Of a DNA stretch of 64,000 nucleotides, positions 62,680 through 64,000 are shown one piece after another. This stretch comes from Schmidtea polychroa (Eukaryota). Where the stretch lies: NCBI GenBank assembly GCA_044892525.1, contig CM097885.1:237586001-237650000 (forward strand). The letters run 5' to 3'. The notes beneath the pieces were generated by a model. It was given only the letters and a program-made list of their open reading frames with translations. It had not been told where the DNA came from and did not search any database. The position numbers and the translations under genes are program-made. Within the stretch, counting starts at the first letter, position 1. Each line of letters begins with the position of its first letter.

Positions 62680-63993
62680 CTAAATCCATGTTGCGTTATT
62701 TTGTTCGTTATTTTCATCGAAGCCTTCATCTGTGGTGACTTCGGCAGGCTGTGGCACTTGCAACGGGAACGGGTAGAGTGGCATTAATAATATTGGTGGT
62801 TGTCTCCTTAACCGATCTATTTCCTCTCGTAGTTCCGTTGAGATGTTTATTTCCTCATCCAATAAAAACGTTAATCTACCTTCGTTTTCTATCATTTCGT
62901 TTAATTCCTCTTCCAATCGTTGGGTTCTTTCGAGCGTTTTTAGTTTCTCAATTTCCGCTCTCAAATTTGCTTCATTTTCTTCGAAGCATCGTTTTATTAT
63001 CTCGGTTTCCTGTTTGGTTTGTTGAATTGTCTTGTCGCACTCCTCTCTATATTTCGCATTAAGCTCAATCTGGTGCTTCCAATTCACATCCCTTTGGGTG
63101 TACATACCTTTATATCCGTTCATCTCTTGATTGGCTTCTTCCACTTCGGTTTGTAATTGTCGGATCTGTCGATCTTGGTCTGTCAATTGTTGTTCCCATC
63201 TCTTTTCCTGGAATTCATACCTTCTTATTTCTCGAGTCTGTTTCTTTATGATTCTCTGTCTACCGTCGCTGATCCGCGTCTTGATTCTATGTTCTCTACT
63301 CAATCGGCTGATCTCATCTTTTTGGTTTTCTATCGTTTCCCATATTTTAAATTCGTCTCTTTCCATCAGTTTTATTGGTAACTGTCTTAACTCCTCTTTG
63401 GTCTCTTTCCAATTCTTTTTCCATTTTCGGGCTTGATGCTTGAGACACTTTTCGGTTTCCTCAGTTTTCTGCTGTCGTTTTCTCCACTCTACTTCCTCTT
63501 CTTCTCGCTGTGCAGCTCTTGTTTCGTAAAATTCTTGGTCTGCTTTTCGTAATCGCAGTTGTTCCTTGCTACTGATTTTCCAATAGAGCACTTGAGTTTG
63601 ACTTCCTAGGTATTTATACTTCCATTTCTGGGCTTGTATCTTTATTTGTGTGTTAATTCGCTCTAATACGTTATCTCTAACAATTGGTTCTCTATGCGGT
63701 GTTCTCCTCCCTTGCCCTCTGACTTCGTTTAGGGTCTTTTTGCATCTTTCCCATTTTTCTTTCATCATTGCGCATTTGCCCTTTACTTCTTCTAGTTCGG
63801 CCTTGTAATTCCGTATTTGATGTTCGTGACTATCATTCTGCCTTGTCTGGAGGGTTTCGTACTTTAGTTTCCATTGTTGCGCTTGTAGTTTTATTCGTTC
63901 CGTTTTACGCTGTTCCTCCTCGTATTGCTCCTTTGCTTCCCTAATTTGTGCCTTCTGCATTATTATCTCTCCGCATAACCCAACTATCTCCAT
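62680..63993 (-). CDS. Long coiled-coil protein (at least 437 aa, may start outside the window)
   Basis: Uninterrupted E/K/Q/R-rich ORF with a recurring QAxxWK motif (QAQQWKLKY, QAQKWKYKY, QARKWKKNW). Confidence 0.7.
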   Translation of the reverse strand: MEIVGLCGEIIMQKAQIREAKEQYEEEQRKTERIKLQAQQWKLKYETLQTRQNDSHEHQIRNYKAELEEVKGKCAMMKEKWERCKKTLNEVRGQGRRTPHREPIVRDNVLERINTQIKIQAQKWKYKYLGSQTQVLYWKISSKEQLRLRKADQEFYETRAAQREEEEVEWRKRQQKTEETEKCLKHQARKWKKNWKETKEELRQLPIKLMERDEFKIWETIENQKDEISRLSREHRIKTRISDGRQRIIKKQTREIRRYEFQEKRWEQQLTDQDRQIRQLQTEVEEANQEMNGYKGMYTQRDVNWKHQIELNAKYREECDKTIQQTKQETEIIKRCFEENEANLRAEIEKLKTLERTQRLEEELNEMIENEGRLTFLLDEEINISTELREEIDRLRRQPPILLMPLYPFPLQVPQPAEVTTDEGFDENNEQNNATWI

Positions 63994-64000
63994 AATCCGC

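Overview
AT-rich eukaryotic genomic DNA with many 42-58 nt introns. It is metazoan; a planarian or other flatworm source is an inference. Host genes: a 15-coding-exon V-ATPase V0 subunit a gene (266-25169, +, about 838 aa) and two unrecognised small genes (34663-35803, 47573-47968). The rest is transposon-rich: one intact hAT transposon, degenerate hAT and mariner copies, many MITEs, 0.8-kb solo LTRs and a Penelope-type minimal hammerhead ribozyme. The main system is a family of giant 3.7-5.2 kb LTRs in five copies: L1 26556-32783, L2 38639-43586, L3 49472-50490 (remnant), L4 50491-55702 and L5 55703-60489. L1 and L2 are solo LTRs with exact 4-bp TSDs. The LTRs behave like self-contained gene units: a promoter and conserved hairpin, a volatile satellite spacer, and spliced exons for an AT-hook protein and a coiled-coil/basic protein. 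Each ends in a 220-270 nt covarying RNA structure that folds on the strand opposite the ORFs. It has an invariant UUGGUACU bulge, GNRA loops and a GAUAGAA hairpin. Next to L5 are three accessory ORFs, including an env-like type I membrane protein. No gag/pol is visible in the window.
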